Shown one piece after another: positions 27,737 to 48,765 of a stretch of DNA of 64,000 nt. A program made the position numbers and the translations under genes. This DNA comes from Amoebidium appalachense (taxonomy: Eukaryota > Protista > Ichthyosporea). How positions within the stretch are numbered: the first letter of the stretch is position 1; each line of letters starts with the position of its first letter. The stretch covers positions 8,309,794 to 8,373,793 of the forward strand of contig CAVNZM010000010.1 of assembly GCA_963693365.1 (NCBI GenBank), given 5' to 3'. The notes under the pieces were generated by a model. That model did no database searches. It saw nothing but the letters and a program-made list of their open reading frames with translations, and was not told the origin of the DNA.

Positions 27737-29409
27737 GGTGTGCGTGTGCGTCTGTGTCTGGATGAAGTAGTCGGACAAAAGAACAATCCTACAGGGAAAC
27801 ATGCAACATGCCCATGCCAGGTACAATCATTTGTGAGAGCACTCCAGCCCCCATACACACTGGATAGTGCAAACAAGCGAGTATGAATGAAGGCAGGCAG
27901 GCAAATAGACACCGAAGATTAAATACAAGGCACACAGGCATGCAGGCGCACACACACATAGAAAGGCAGACATGCATGCACGCACCCACGCACCCACGCA
28001 CAAACAGATGGACGGGCGCACACAAGCATACAGGCATACACGCACACATGCACACACCTCGGGGTTGAGCAGGTGGGTGTGGACGATGGCACGCTTGATG
28101 TCGAAGATGTCCGTGTAGTGCTCCAGGGCACGCTGGTACAGGCCAGCATTCTCGCACAGGGTGGCAATGTATGCCCGGTCGTAGTGGGTGAACATGTTGT
28201 TGCCCAGGATCGCATCCGCAACCTGTACATGTGCCCGTGTTAGGCCCAGACCAGACTAAAGGCAACCAATGGTGGCCCGAATCATCACGAACACATCCCT
28301 TTGAAACATGCATGCATGCCTTGCACTGGACATTCATGTTCGAATCCCTGCACTTTGTGTCCCTAGCCATCCAACTAAGTTGTCAGGTGCAAGTTTCTTG
28401 CATGCCTTTAGCCTGCTATAATGGGGCATGGCAATGACCTGGGGGGCAGCCATGAGGTTCATCTCGAGCAGGCGGGTCTGCAGGGGGCCCTCGTCCTCCC
28501 TGTTGTTCTTGAGGGCATCCAGCAGGAACGCCGTGCACGGCTGCACCATGTTCATCTCCATGAAGCAGTCCACAATCTGCAAACCCGAAGGTCAGTGCCC
28601 GGCACGAACATATATCCGTAGGTCGTCATAATGTCAAAATGCACCTCCTTCTGTCAACGTATGTACGTGTGTACGTTGTTTGTGCTTTTTTATGTGTGCC
28701 GCGGGGGGTGAAGGAAGGGGGGCTAATCGGAAGCACCTGGTCGTGCATGTAGAGGGGGGTTGTTCTTTACCTGGTTGATGTCGGCCAGGGGCTGGCCGTC
28801 CTGGACCAGCATGCTGGCAAAGGCAGCGCCCTGCTCGGGGTTTGTGCGCATGACCTGGCGCAGAATGTGGATGTAGTCCGGGTGGTAGCCCACCTTCTTG
28901 GCATACAGCACGATCTTCTGGAACTGGCCTGCACATTGCAATGGCTGGTCAGTGGCTGTGCCTGGGCTCCGATTGAGGTCTCTTTGAACTACAACTAGAG
29001 GTTGTGTTGAAATGCATCAAGGTGCTGATGCATACTATTTTAGCTGTTCCAGAACGACTGCTAACGTGTGTATGTGTATGCGGGTTGGTTGGTGGGTTGG
29101 TTTTAATGTGTGCACGTGCACATGTGGGTATGAGTGTGCAAGGACCTGTGAGTGTGTCGTCTGTCTGTGCCTATGTCTGTTCCTGGTGTGTATGGTGTGT
29201 GTGTGTGTGTGTGTGTGTGTGCGACGCGCGCGCGAGCACGGTTGTGTGTGCACGCGCGTGCATGGGCGTACGTCTGCATGTGTGTGTATTAATGTATGCG
29301 GGCATGCCTGTGCGTGCCGATGTGTATGTGTGCGCTCATGTGTACTTGCGGTGTGCGTGCGTGCACGTGCATGTGCATGTATGTGTGGGTGTGTTGTGTG
29401 TATGCGCGC

Positions 29410-29466
<57 letters not shown>

Positions 29467-29877
29467 GTGTGTGTGTACCTGTCTCGGCAAAGCACTGGAT
29501 GACCTTAGCCGGGCACTCAGCGCGCAGGTAGACACTCAGGGCCAGCATGGGGTAGTACTGCTTGACCTCGTCACCAAGCTCCTCGCTGCACTCCAGCTGC
29601 ACCCCACCTCACCATCAGCTGCTGCCTGGCACAACCTTGGCCTCCGTGCACCACATACCACCATCCTGCTCAAAATCATTGCTCTATGCCCTCCTCCCCC
29701 CCCCCCCCCCTTCCCCCCCCCCCCCACACACACACAGCCACAAAGCCACACTCTCTCCACCCCCCCCCCCCCCCCCCCCCCCCCCGGCCCCCCGCCGCCA
29801 CCACCCCCAAACAACACGCCTGCACACAGAGCCACCCACCCTTCCGCTCACCCACCCACATACACCCACCACCCCCC

Positions 29878-29908
<31 letters not shown>

Positions 29909-29911
29909 ACC

Positions 29912-29943
<32 letters not shown>

Positions 29944-30376
29944 ACACACACATCCACACATGCACACCCACACACCTTATCCTCCTTGAGCCACTTCTCG
30001 ATTAGCTGTTGCTTGCCCTGCTGCAGGACTGGCCTGGCCAGCTCCAGTGACTCGTACTTGTTGAGGTGGCCCTGCTCCAGCAGGATACCAAAGTACTGCA
30101 GCAGTGGCGTGGTCTGTCCGGGTGCTACCGGCACACTCTGGAACATGCGGATGGTCTCAGGCGTACGCAGCACACCCTGTTGTGAGCACAAAGCTTACAT
30201 GAGTGTATGCTTGCAGGGCACATGTGGCTGGGATCAGACTAGGTGCAATGCAACATTGACACAAAGACCACATGATCACAATAGGGGGAGGGGCAGGAGG
30301 GGAGGTTTTGGGGTAGGAGGGTTAGAATTTGTTATGGAGTACAAAGTACAGATTCATGGACAACATAGTGCAGAGT

Positions 30377-30411
<35 letters not shown>

Positions 30412-33400
30412 AGGAACGTGCCTTGGGGGCGCTTGCAGCCACCCGTGCAGCCTCAGCATACTGGCCGTTAGCAAACAGCTGCTGGAAGCGGGTCACAAAC
30501 AGGTCGTCGGCACCGGCCAGGTTGTTGCGCACGGCAAAGCGCACGGCCAGCTGGGGGTTGTTGAGGGTGCCCTGGATGTACGGCACAATGTTCTGCTCGT
30601 CCACGCACACGGACAGCACCTGCACACAAACACACGGGTACCAGTTAGACCTGGCTGCATGCCCTCTTGCATGAGATACTGGCCATACCATGAAGCCTGG
30701 CCCTAAATCATCCCCTAGTGTAACAGCTCTAGATCACGAAGCGCACTGGTAACCTCCCTCAACATTGGGCACCTACACTCCCTGTCTTGCCCCCCCCCCC
30801 CCCCCCCCTCCCCCCCCCCCCTCCCCCCTTGACCCCTTTCCTTCCCCCTACCATCACCACCACCACCACCCCGAACATGTTCCAATAATTGCATAACCTC
30901 TGCCCCATGCTGCACACACCACATGCCCAAGGCTTCTCTTCTCCCCCCTACAGCAGGCACAGCATGCACGCACCTGGCCCTTGCGGTTAACACCGATGAT
31001 GCCGTTGCCGGCCTCGTAATCTGCCGTGACGAAGATGGTCTCGGCACTGACCCTGTTCATGTACAGGCACGTGCCTGTCTCCAGGTCGTACAGGTGCACG
31101 TAGCCGTACTTGGTGATCATGTAGATCACCCCGGTCTTCTCGCTGCATAGCACAACACAAGCATCAGTGGATGCCACCCTAGAAGAGGGCCGTAGTGCAT
31201 GTGTAGAGGTGCGTGGTGCCCCACACGTTTACGTAAATATATTCTTGCAACACTCACAGCACACAACCATGACACACTATGTCAAGCAGTGGGCACAGAC
31301 GGGCACAGAACCACCGCATGGGGGCGCACACAGGAGCAGGCACAGGAGACAGCACCAGCATGGGAGTGCCCGACAAGTGCGTATACATGCAGCCTCACGT
31401 CGACAGCCAACCACTTACAAGAGACTCAATATACGCTCTCCACAACCCCACAACCCCTCCCCCCTCCCCTCTCCCTCCCTCCTCCCCCCCCCCCCACACA
31501 CACACATACACACACACACATGCCCCCCCACACACTGCACATACCTGATCTGCATGGCCACAGGGAAATCATTCTGGAACTCGGGCGGGAAGAAAATATC
31601 GGCAGCCTTCTTTTGGAACGGCTGGTTGCCTGGGGCAGGCGTAGGCTCAATGATGTGGAGCTGTGGGCAGGACCCCATCAGTATCCCAGGTACCCCATGT
31701 TTTCTCCACCACTCATGCATGCATACACAACCCACATGCATATACAGGCATGCAAACACCACGCATCGCTGCTTTAACTGCTGTTCAACACGCACCTTGC
31801 CACCCTGTGCACCGCGGACCGCAAAGACAAACAGGTTTGATGCGTTGGGGTTGTTGTCGGTCTTGAAGGAGGCAAAGCAGGCGGCATGGCCCTCAATGGG
31901 CTGGCTCACACCACGGTCCACACTGTACAGCTGCATGGACCCAACAACACGTGTGCCGGCAGGCCCTTGTTGCTGCATGCGGTAGTGTGAGTGTGTGCCC
32001 ACAAAACACGGAAAGTGGTAGCATGAAATACCAAACAGGTAGCTTAACAGTAACTAAAAAAAGCATTCACACAGAGAGCACACTTATTAGCTACTCCAGG
32101 GCCTTTCTTCCCCACCCATTGACACGTAGCCAAACACACATGGTGTTTGTATCACACATCAACCCTCAAACCTGCATCTCCATTCGGACACCATGCACAT
32201 GAATCTAGTGAGGCTGGTGGGATAATCTTAGACATGCATCCTATATGTTGTTTCATATGACCTGTCTATGTATGCACGGGACAAAACCACTGTATTCCCA
32301 AATGGGGGCGGGGGGCTTTAGGGGGGGCGGGGAAAGTTGGGGGGGGGGGAGGGAAGGGGTCTGCGTAGAGTCACGGGCAGCAGGGGTGTCATATACCTGT
32401 TCTACCCTACCAACACCGGCAGACAGTCCCAAATATGTACGGTGGAAAAAATGAAAAGGCTAAACTACACCGTCAAAGAGGAAAGTGAAGGGGGGAATGA
32501 GACATTCGCAGACCGCATCGATATGGGTGTTGGGCACGTGTTGTCTCAAAAAAATGTATACCATACTATATACATCTGCAACGCAGCAGGAGGCCAAGCC
32601 ATCCACATTAGCCCCCGTGGGTTTGGAATGTGTAACGTGGTACAAAGCACACATTCACGACGGACAAAACAATGCTAATATGTGAGGGGAGTTTAATGCT
32701 ACAAGTGGCATGAGATACACGTGCACAACAAAGAACACGATGCACGCCACATCAAACAACATTCAACGGACAAATAGAGATGTACAGCGGCCCCCACCTG
32801 TGCAGAGATGCCGACCAGACAGCACCATTTCTGGTCCTTGTCTGTGCGGTAGTTGATGATCTGTGCCCCGGCAAGGTTCTGGTGCCGGTCAAACACCTTC
32901 CGCGGGTCAGACGCACCTGCAAGCACCATGTTAGTTCACTTCATTCCCTCAGCTGATCAGAAGGATGGAACAAAATACACTTAAAAACCGATTACCCCAC
33001 CCAACACAGAGCGAAGAGGGAGGGGTGGAGAGAGTGCGCGGAGGGAGGAGGGGCGGGGGGGGGGGGGGGGGGGGGGGGGGGTAGTGTGTCAAGGATAACA
33101 CAGTACACCTTCACGACGAACGAGAAAATGCACACTTCGCAAAGCACCGCAACGAATGCTTCATAAGGAAAGCCCATCTTTCCCCTGGGAGGGGGGGGGG
33201 GGGGGGGGGGGAGGGGGGGGGGGGGGGGGGGGACAACGACCCAGGCAAGCTGTTGACAGGGCAGGCTGTAAACGGACAAAGAAAAAGAGTCCAACAACAC
33301 AACATAAACAAATTGGGACACACTACTAGACCAGCCACACATTGACGAACAGTTTTCACACACGAAGTCCTACCAGTATCACACCATACGCCCAAGCCAC

Positions 33401-34876
33401 AGAGTCTTATCACTGACATCCAACCAATATCAGCAAAACAACCAGACGGGCGCACGTACCGTCCATGTCCCAGTGGAACACAGCCGTATTGGTGACCAGG
33501 GCAAGCGTCTTCACGGAGATCCACTTCCAGAAGATCACGTCGTCCGGGGCATTGTACGCCTTCATCTTACTCTTCAGCTCCAGATTGAAAATCTGCAGCA
33601 CACGGCCGGCTGCACACCATCGTATTAGCTGCTATCTACCCACACGGGACATCACTGCTCCAGCTAAACGGTTAACGCCGGCATTTGTAACATAACACTT
33701 GCACGTACGTCCCCTTCCTCCCTCTGCACTCCCATGCACATCGTTTTCCCAACAACCACCCATCTCCTTGCCTCTAAACACACCGTACACCAAGATTGTC
33801 AAACTCCCCTTCCTCCCTCTGCACTCCACTGCATATCGTTTTCCCCTACCACCACCCGTCTCCTTGCCTCCAAACACACCATACACCAAGATGGCCACAC
33901 ACATACACACGTAACACACCACCACGTGCACAACAACCAACTGGACACATAGTCACCCCCACCCTTCCCCCCCACTCCCGGCTCCCCCCAAACCACCCAT
34001 AACCACACACTCGTCTGCCCATTCCAAACATAGGTACACACATACATCAGTCACACCTCACACAACCATACCCACAACCACAAACTACTACCCTATTGCC
34101 ACGGCCTGTCTGGGAGGCGTTCAACCACTGGTAAACATACCCTTCAAAGCGATGACTTTGGAGACGGGGTGCATGATGGCCGAGTCAGCAGTGATTGGTC
34201 TCCTGACGGGGTTGGTGGGGTCGGCCATATCGATAATGACCACATGGTTGGCCTCGTTCACCTTCTCACGGACGCAGATAAACTTATCTGACTCCATGGT
34301 GAGGGTGGCAAACCCGATGTTGGCTGGGTTGATGCCAACATTTTGGAGCTGTGTGTGTGCAACAAAACACATCAGCTACGACATATAAAACAGCTCAGGA
34401 CACACCCTACACATCCGCCTACCCAGGACCTACGTAGTGGTTAACAGTCTATCGAAGCCTAACTATCCAGGATTATAATGGGTGGGAAAAAAGGGCTACG
34501 AGAAGGCTAGAGACAGGGTTTAACCTCTTGACCTGCTTCTTGCGAAGAACTACGGCCCTCCCCTAGGGAAGGCCAGTGACATGACTAACGAGGGAACAGC
34601 TCTTTTTATCCTTGGCACGTGGGGACCCTTCAAAACGACGAATGGCATCTGAGCAAGTAGCGTTGTGGGATTGGGAGCGAGGGAGTGTGTGTGTGTGTGT
34701 GTGTGTGTGGAGGGGGGGGGAGGGAGGAGGGAAGAGGGGGGAGGGGGGGGGGGGGGGGCTGCGAGCTGTTTTCAGAAAAAGGCAAGGATGGTTTCAGAGA
34801 ATGGGGTGCAGGTGCCTAGAGGGCTGTACAAACCACATACATTTAGGTGCTCCTGAAACTTGATTGGCAGAGCCAT
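19203..34876 (-). CDS. CLTC: Clathrin heavy chain, 33 exons, 1714 aa
   Basis: Exons: 34841-34876, 34141-34348, 33460-33609, 32798-32916, 31796-31972, 31545-31660, 30974-31142, 30422-30619, 29976-30176, 29479-29596, 28771-28928, 28439-28576, 28058-28222, 27458-27638, 26893-26963, 26103-26321, 25627-25769, 25266-25420, 24772-24884, 24096-24383, 23516-23815, 23217-23402, 22955-23120, 22699-22812, 22316-22454, 21978-22086, 21660-21788, 21297-21434, 20847-20945, 20535-20645, 20017-20238, 19667-19748, 19203-19429 (5145 nt, phases consistent). Begins [42 protein letters not shown]; contains [15 protein letters not shown] and the QLMLT motif. Confidence 0.98.
20340..20433 (-). repeat. Dispersed structured element, degenerate 3' fragment in clathrin intron 30
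   Basis: Minus strand ACGTGAACTCCCATTGGATGGGCTCTACTTA...GTGCCCTTCGTAAT versus ACGTGGGCCCCCCCTGAGGATGGGCTCTGCTTA...GTGTACTTCGTACT in the full copies. Confidence 0.5.
26414..26719. mobile_element. MITE-like element (~306 bp) in clathrin intron 15
   Basis: Imperfect ~27-bp TIRs aaccaacctccgtacctaccattttag / ctaaaatggaagatacgggccttggtg; TA on both flanks (26412-26413, 26720-26721); internal hairpin gagccacat..atgtggctc; no ORF. Confidence 0.65.
33711..33893. repeat. ~96-bp tandem duplication in clathrin intron 2
   Basis: ccttcctccctctgcactcc...tacaccaagat occurs twice. Confidence 0.85.
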
Positions 34877-36801
34877 TTTCGCCCTTTGGGACCCACACGG
34901 GTTCACTGTTTGAAATGGTTGTGTAAGTTATTGAACCACCTCTTCGACTAAAAACTGCCCTAAAATGCCAGCAGAACTACTTCTGCGATCACCTGTAACT
35001 GTTACTACAAGCCTGCCCAAGCACGTCCAAAAGATCAGTGATTGGATACGCCAAATAGCTAGAGGCTTTCTGTTCAAACCCCTTGAATCTCCTTGTCAGA
35101 ACGTACAGCTCAAGTCAATAGTTCTTGTTACACCTTCGAAACCTAACAACAGCTACTAACATGAAGACGCAAAAGGCTGTTTTTTAATCATAGCAAGCGT
35201 ACCTCGGTCTGGGCTATATAAAATACACTCCTTCGAGTGTTTTGTAAGGGTGAGCTATAATGATTAGACGGGGGACCTCAATGGTTTTCCTTTTCCCCGC
35301 CTTCGCTTGAGTGACAGAGTGCCTGGTGCTAAAAAAAACATTGCTTTCGTTCCATTTTTGGAGTCCACCGATTAAAAATTTGCCCACTTGCTAATTCCGG
35401 TCAGTAAAGGAATGTGTCCTTGGTGAGCAGGAGAACTAATTTTTGCGCCAATAATTGGGCAGAATTTAGTGGGATCTATTACATTTTTCATATTTCACGT
35501 TTATTGACTGAAATTCGATGGTATCATCGTTGCCATGATCTGAGATGGGGCGTCTTCATGATCATGCTCAGCATTCTTTGAGGTCTAGTGTGGCTTGTTT
35601 TGTTAGGCTCGTGTAGATCTGTTGGACTCGAGAAGTAGGGTGGGAGGACGGAAAGGATTGAATAATAGCAAAGTTTGTTTGCCATTCGAATAGCAGTGGT
35701 TATCATGCGTTGGCTAAAACACGGTGTTAGGTTTTAGCGTGAGACATGCAAGCAAATTCTGTACCTCGGCTGGTTTGATCCCTTGTCACGGTAACAAAGT
35801 AAACACAACTCATGAGTGTCATATCCTTGATCTTGGTGAATGCAGAAGCGTCCGACAGCATGTGCAACTCACATTTGTGCACGTCATTGGTCTCACATTG
35901 TCATCGGTTGCTTGTGAGTTCGTGCATTATGGTTGTTGTCGCCATTCCTCATCATATGCATATTGATCAGGACACCCGAGTTTTCAGTTCAAGTTGCACA
36001 TGGTGCATTGACGTTGTGAAGCGTCCTACATGTAGGCTTCACTCTTCCAAATAAGTACACTTCGTTGGTCTTGGCCTGTTGTTGTTTAGGCTCCTTGACG
36101 GGGGCGGAGGGGAGGAGACGCGGGGGTTACTTGGTGCACGGTTGAGTGTTGTGTACATGTGTGTGAGGGGGCGGGGACAGCAAGCGTAGGGGTACTGGTT
36201 AGGTTTACATATTGGATACTTGGCAAGGCAAGCCGTAGAAAGAGTACATAAGTGGGAGCATTTGCCACATGTTTACTTGCTGCCACAGGGGCCGTATGGG
36301 CACGCCCTAATCAGACTCGACCAACTGCTAAGTATTCTAATAACAAGTGCATTTGCCTAAAAGTTTGTGTGCTCGGGCGTTTGCATATACATTCAACCGC
36401 ATACAGTCGAAGACTGGTCCCTGCGGCAACATTAAGTTTGCACCACAGGACACATCATACCACACTGTCAGCCGCTTTTGGTGCACAAACGTGTACAGGG
36501 GCCACCCACGCTTTCCCGAAGGGAGGTGGGGGGAGGGGGGAGGGGAAGGGGGGGGGGGGGGGGGGGGAGGGGGGGGGAGGACGGAAAGGGAGGGAGGGAG
36601 GACCTGGTAGCTTGCTGAACGGGAGGTGCATTGGCTCCTTTCCCCCCTTTCCCTCTCCCCCGCCCCCCTCCCCCCTCCCCCTCCCCCCTCCCCCTCCCCC
36701 CGCGCGCGACTACTTTCCGTGTGTGCTCTTATTTTGCAGAATTGATGTGTTGTCTACAGATGAATCTGGAAATCCATTTCTCCCCCCCCCCTCCCCCCCT
36801 T

Positions 36802-36943
36802 GGGTCCTCCCTGAGGATGGGCTCTGCTTATGACGCATACTGTGCACATGGCTGATGTTGCATACTTGAATGTTTGCCTTTGCATGTGTCCTGCACCATG
36901 CTTCTCGTCGTGTATGCGTACTTCGTACCGTTTTCCGCATTCA

Positions 36944-36946
<3 letters not shown>
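36802..36946 (+). repeat. Dispersed structured element, 3' half copy
   Basis: gggtcctccctgaggatgggctctgctta...tacttcgtac..cgcattcaaa followed by poly-C. Confidence 0.8.
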
Positions 36947-36978
<32 letters not shown>

Positions 36979-37503
36979 CCCCCCCCTTCCCCTTCGGGTC
37001 CCACTCGATGTGTTTGAGTCACTGTAAGGTCCAAGCAGTGCAAAGGCCGGCCTTTGGTCCTTGGTTGTGGGTGGTCAGGCAGCCTTAGGGGATATGTGAG
37101 GCAACATGCTTGCACTCACTGAATACCTTGTTGACTTGTTCGCTCACTCACGCAAACCAGCTACACATGCGTGCACACACACACACACACATACCGGTCG
37201 GGGAAAAAAGTAAACATGCACCACATTACATCTCCATAGCTCACAGGTGATATCGATGGTTTAGTGCATATTCATGTCAACATTTTCAACTGTATGTGGT
37301 TAAACTTGGAGCTTGAACAAAAAATCATGGATTAGTAGTGTAAGTTCTCAACAGGTAGAACGTTATAATAAATCAGATGTGTTGTCCTTCTTTCAAAATT
37401 TTACCCTCACTGAGTCGGTATCTTCCTTCCTTCCTTTCTTTTCTTTTATTTTTTTTTTTTCTATTCTGTTTACCTTTTTTTGTGTGTGTGTGTGTGCCCG
37501 TGT

Positions 37504-37537
<34 letters not shown>

Positions 37538-38130
37538 TTTCTTGCAAACTTTTTTCTCTTTATGATGGTCCAGAGACGGTACGAGCTACCAGTCGATTTA
37601 TTTCTAGGTTGTTTCAATACGGCTTCTATTTATTTGTTGTTGCAACAATTGCCTAGTCGGCACTTGGCCGCCCTATGCCATGGGAAGGTGGGAAAGAGTA
37701 TGCACCGTTGTACCAGCTGCTATTAAATATCCCCCCCTCTCAGTCCCCCCCCCCCCCCCCCCAAAAAAAAAAAAAAAAAAAAAAAAGCGCCCCGATCTTT
37801 TATGTCCCCCCCCCCCCCCCCCTTCTTCCCCCCTCCCTTTACTTAAGCCCCCCCCCCCCCCCCCCCCCTCCCCCTCCTCTATATCTCTTCCCCTTTTCAA
37901 CGACCTATTCCCCCCCCTCCTCTCCGAACATTGCAATGCCCGAGCCACCCTATTAGAACCCTCAGATCATCGAACCAATGGCTACACAGTGGTGAATGGC
38001 CAATCCGCCGCTTTCTGTATCCGGAGTATTCTGGAGTATTCTGCCCCAACGGCCTTTGGCCTTGTTTGTGTTATGTTGATGTAATTGCCTGTAGTTTTTA
38101 GTATTCTTGGCACAAGTTTGATTAATGATC

Positions 38131-38263
38131 CGCGATTTATTACATTTAACTCGCGATTTATTACATAGTCTACGAAAGCGTTCTCGACTACCAAGATCTT
38201 GTGCTCTACATGGTTGTAATAGCGTTCTCGACTACCCAGATCTGTGCTCTACATGGTTGTAAT
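38131..38263. repeat. Cluster of short tandem duplications (15 bp x2 and 44 bp x2)
   Basis: cgcgatttattacat at 38131 and 38152; agcgttctcgactac...atggttgtaat at 38177 and 38221. Confidence 0.85.
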
Positions 38264-39200
38264 GCTTCAAGTACTGTAAGTAGTCCAACCTTATGTGACA
38301 CCCAGGTTATATTTACATGGACTTCGTAATGAATGGCTACATATAAGTGCAGCTATATTTACACATTCCTTGCACGCTAGATATGTTGCTAGAGGTTCCT
38401 ATGTATATACCTACCACTGATGACACTATCCATTGCCAAGTTATAAGTAACTGCACAAGAAGCCGTTGTTTACAATCTACACACTTGCCTCAACATATCT
38501 ACTTATAGTATACAAGTATGTGCAAATCTAAGTTAGTATACAAATAGGAGTGAAATATCATTATACAAGTAGGTGCAAATATTTACAGTAAATACGCAGG
38601 TGCACAATGTTTTGCAGCTCAAATGACTCTGTATACAAATAGATGCCAATGCATAATGGCATCGTTTCGAAAGATCTTCTTGGCCACGTAATTGCCAGCA
38701 CTGACTTAGAACAGACATAATGAACATCTGACACATTCCTCCAATGTTGCGTTCCGCTATGTGGGTAGCTACCATATATATATATATGCTAACCTAAAAT
38801 ACACCACCCTTGGGGCTGGGGATTTTTCGGTCTTGATGTGAATATTCCTAATGAGTCATAGAAGAACCGGAGAGGCTGTAGTACTGCAAACGTGATCAAG
38901 TGTTGCAAACTATATAAAAAGGGGGAGAAAACAGATCGGCGCTGGTTGCGGCAGAAAAGAGTTGGGGTGGTTGTATGTATTCAGCATGGAGCGGGGACGT
39001 AGGCAAATGCGAGATATGGGGTGGCTGCTCGGAAAGCATGGATGCATGCATGTGTGTGTTGTAGATGTGTGTGTGGTGTGGATGTGCACACGTGTTCTTT
39101 TGGTGGAGGGGGGAGGGTGAGAAGAGGAATTGTTGATTTTATGGGGGGGTGGGAAGGGAGGGGGGCGGAGAGGGGGGGGTTGTTCTGCAAGGCAGGGCAC

Positions 39201-46108
<6,908 letters not shown>

Positions 46109-47208
46109 GCTGCCTGCCTATGTGCATGAAGCTACTAGGGCTGGTCATGGGGTTGTGGTTAGGTGGTGTCCTGTGTACCTGGCATTCGGGGCGTGAACTA
46201 AACAAGGAATCGAATGGTTTTGGCCTAACAGACACTATGAAGTGTTTGTGGTGCCTGTTTATGTCTTCAGAACAAACGCATTCTAATGTCACAGCACATG
46301 CTGCTGCAGCCTTATGTACAGCATGCACAGACAATCAACAGCAGTCCGGCTGTGTCTTGGCGCCGTGGGCAGTAAAAGCACCGAGACGGGCGGTTTTGTG
46401 TCAACAAAGATTTCTGGTGCTTGCGTGGCTCAGTGTTGGAATTTTTTGTGTAGCAAAGCCGCTGTTAATTGGCTAGATACGAACCGTGTCTGGAGCAGGG
46501 TAAACGTAGCAGAAATCTAGTTCTCATGTAGAGATTGAAACGCTGCCTGCTCCCAACAATAGGCAAAGAAATTGAGTCCGATGAATAATTTTATAGAAAA
46601 AAAACAAAGTATATTTTGCCAAAGAAAGACCTACTTTATGATCATAAGTTTCATGGCTGTGCAGATGCTGCTTGCCAAGTTACGGATCAGATCACGCAAA
46701 CAGCCCCAGATCTGTTTACCCCTTTTTCCAATGGCTGTAAAGATCTGCTGGCCGTAGTCAACCAATCGTTTCAATCCGTTCAACACACCGCAGTCTCACT
46801 GGTGCCCGAACATTTTCCAATTCAGTGTACACCTACTGACAGCCCACAAAGAGAAATTGCCAATTTCTGTGGAATACTAGGCGTCATATATTGATAAGGG
46901 CCAAGTCCAAACACCTGGGCACAGAGTGCTGCTCTGCTAAAGGCTCAGGAGCTCGCAACTTAATGCATCTGCTTATCTGTGGCTTCGCATGGGCGAAGAA
47001 GCGCCTGATTGGCTCATCTAAAGCGGCAGCCTGAACTAGCCAATAATAGACCACATTCCATTGTCCTGGCTTACCGCCCTAGCCCCGGGGCCCATGGGGG
47101 GCCCGGAAACTGTCGCTGCGCTCGCTGCGCGTGTAAGTTCATGTTTTACTCATGCAACCAGCCCCCCCCCCCCAGCCCCCCCCCCCCCCCCACCTCCCCC
47201 CCTCCAAT

Positions 47209-48212
<1,004 letters not shown>

Positions 48213-48765
48213 CGTGTACATATATGTGTGTGTGTGTACGCGCGAGCGTGTGTGTGTGTGTGTGTGCGCGCGCGCCCGCGCCACCGTCTCGGTGCCCGTT
48301 TGAAAGCAAATCATTAAAAACATTTTTATGATAATTACTATTATCTGGGCCATCTATCATCATCATAATAATAGTGATCGTGACAGCCCGGCTGCCAACT
48401 ACACAATAATAGCCCCTACTACTAACTTGCTTGGCCCAATTTTGATTTGCAAGATGTGGCACAGACAGTGGCTGTCATGCATACATGACAAGCCGTATTG
48501 GCATGCTTGTTCACGTGAACGTCCTACTAGCAGCTCCGGTGAGAGTGGGAATAAAAATTACTAATCTTTCCCATGATATGAAATTTTAAATGTAGATAGT
48601 ACCATATACAATTGTACCAACAAAAAGCACTGGCAGAGACCGCACAAAAACACAACCGTTGGAACACCACAAATCAGACGCAAAGCCAAACACAAACAAA
48701 AACACACAGGCCCACACACACACAATAGACGGGGATGCCCCGGCACCTACCCACACCATCAGAAG

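Noticed and set aside
37953-38402. Possible MITE with tagaaccctcag / ctagaggttccta ends
   Set aside because: Inverted match is too short and gapped; no TSD
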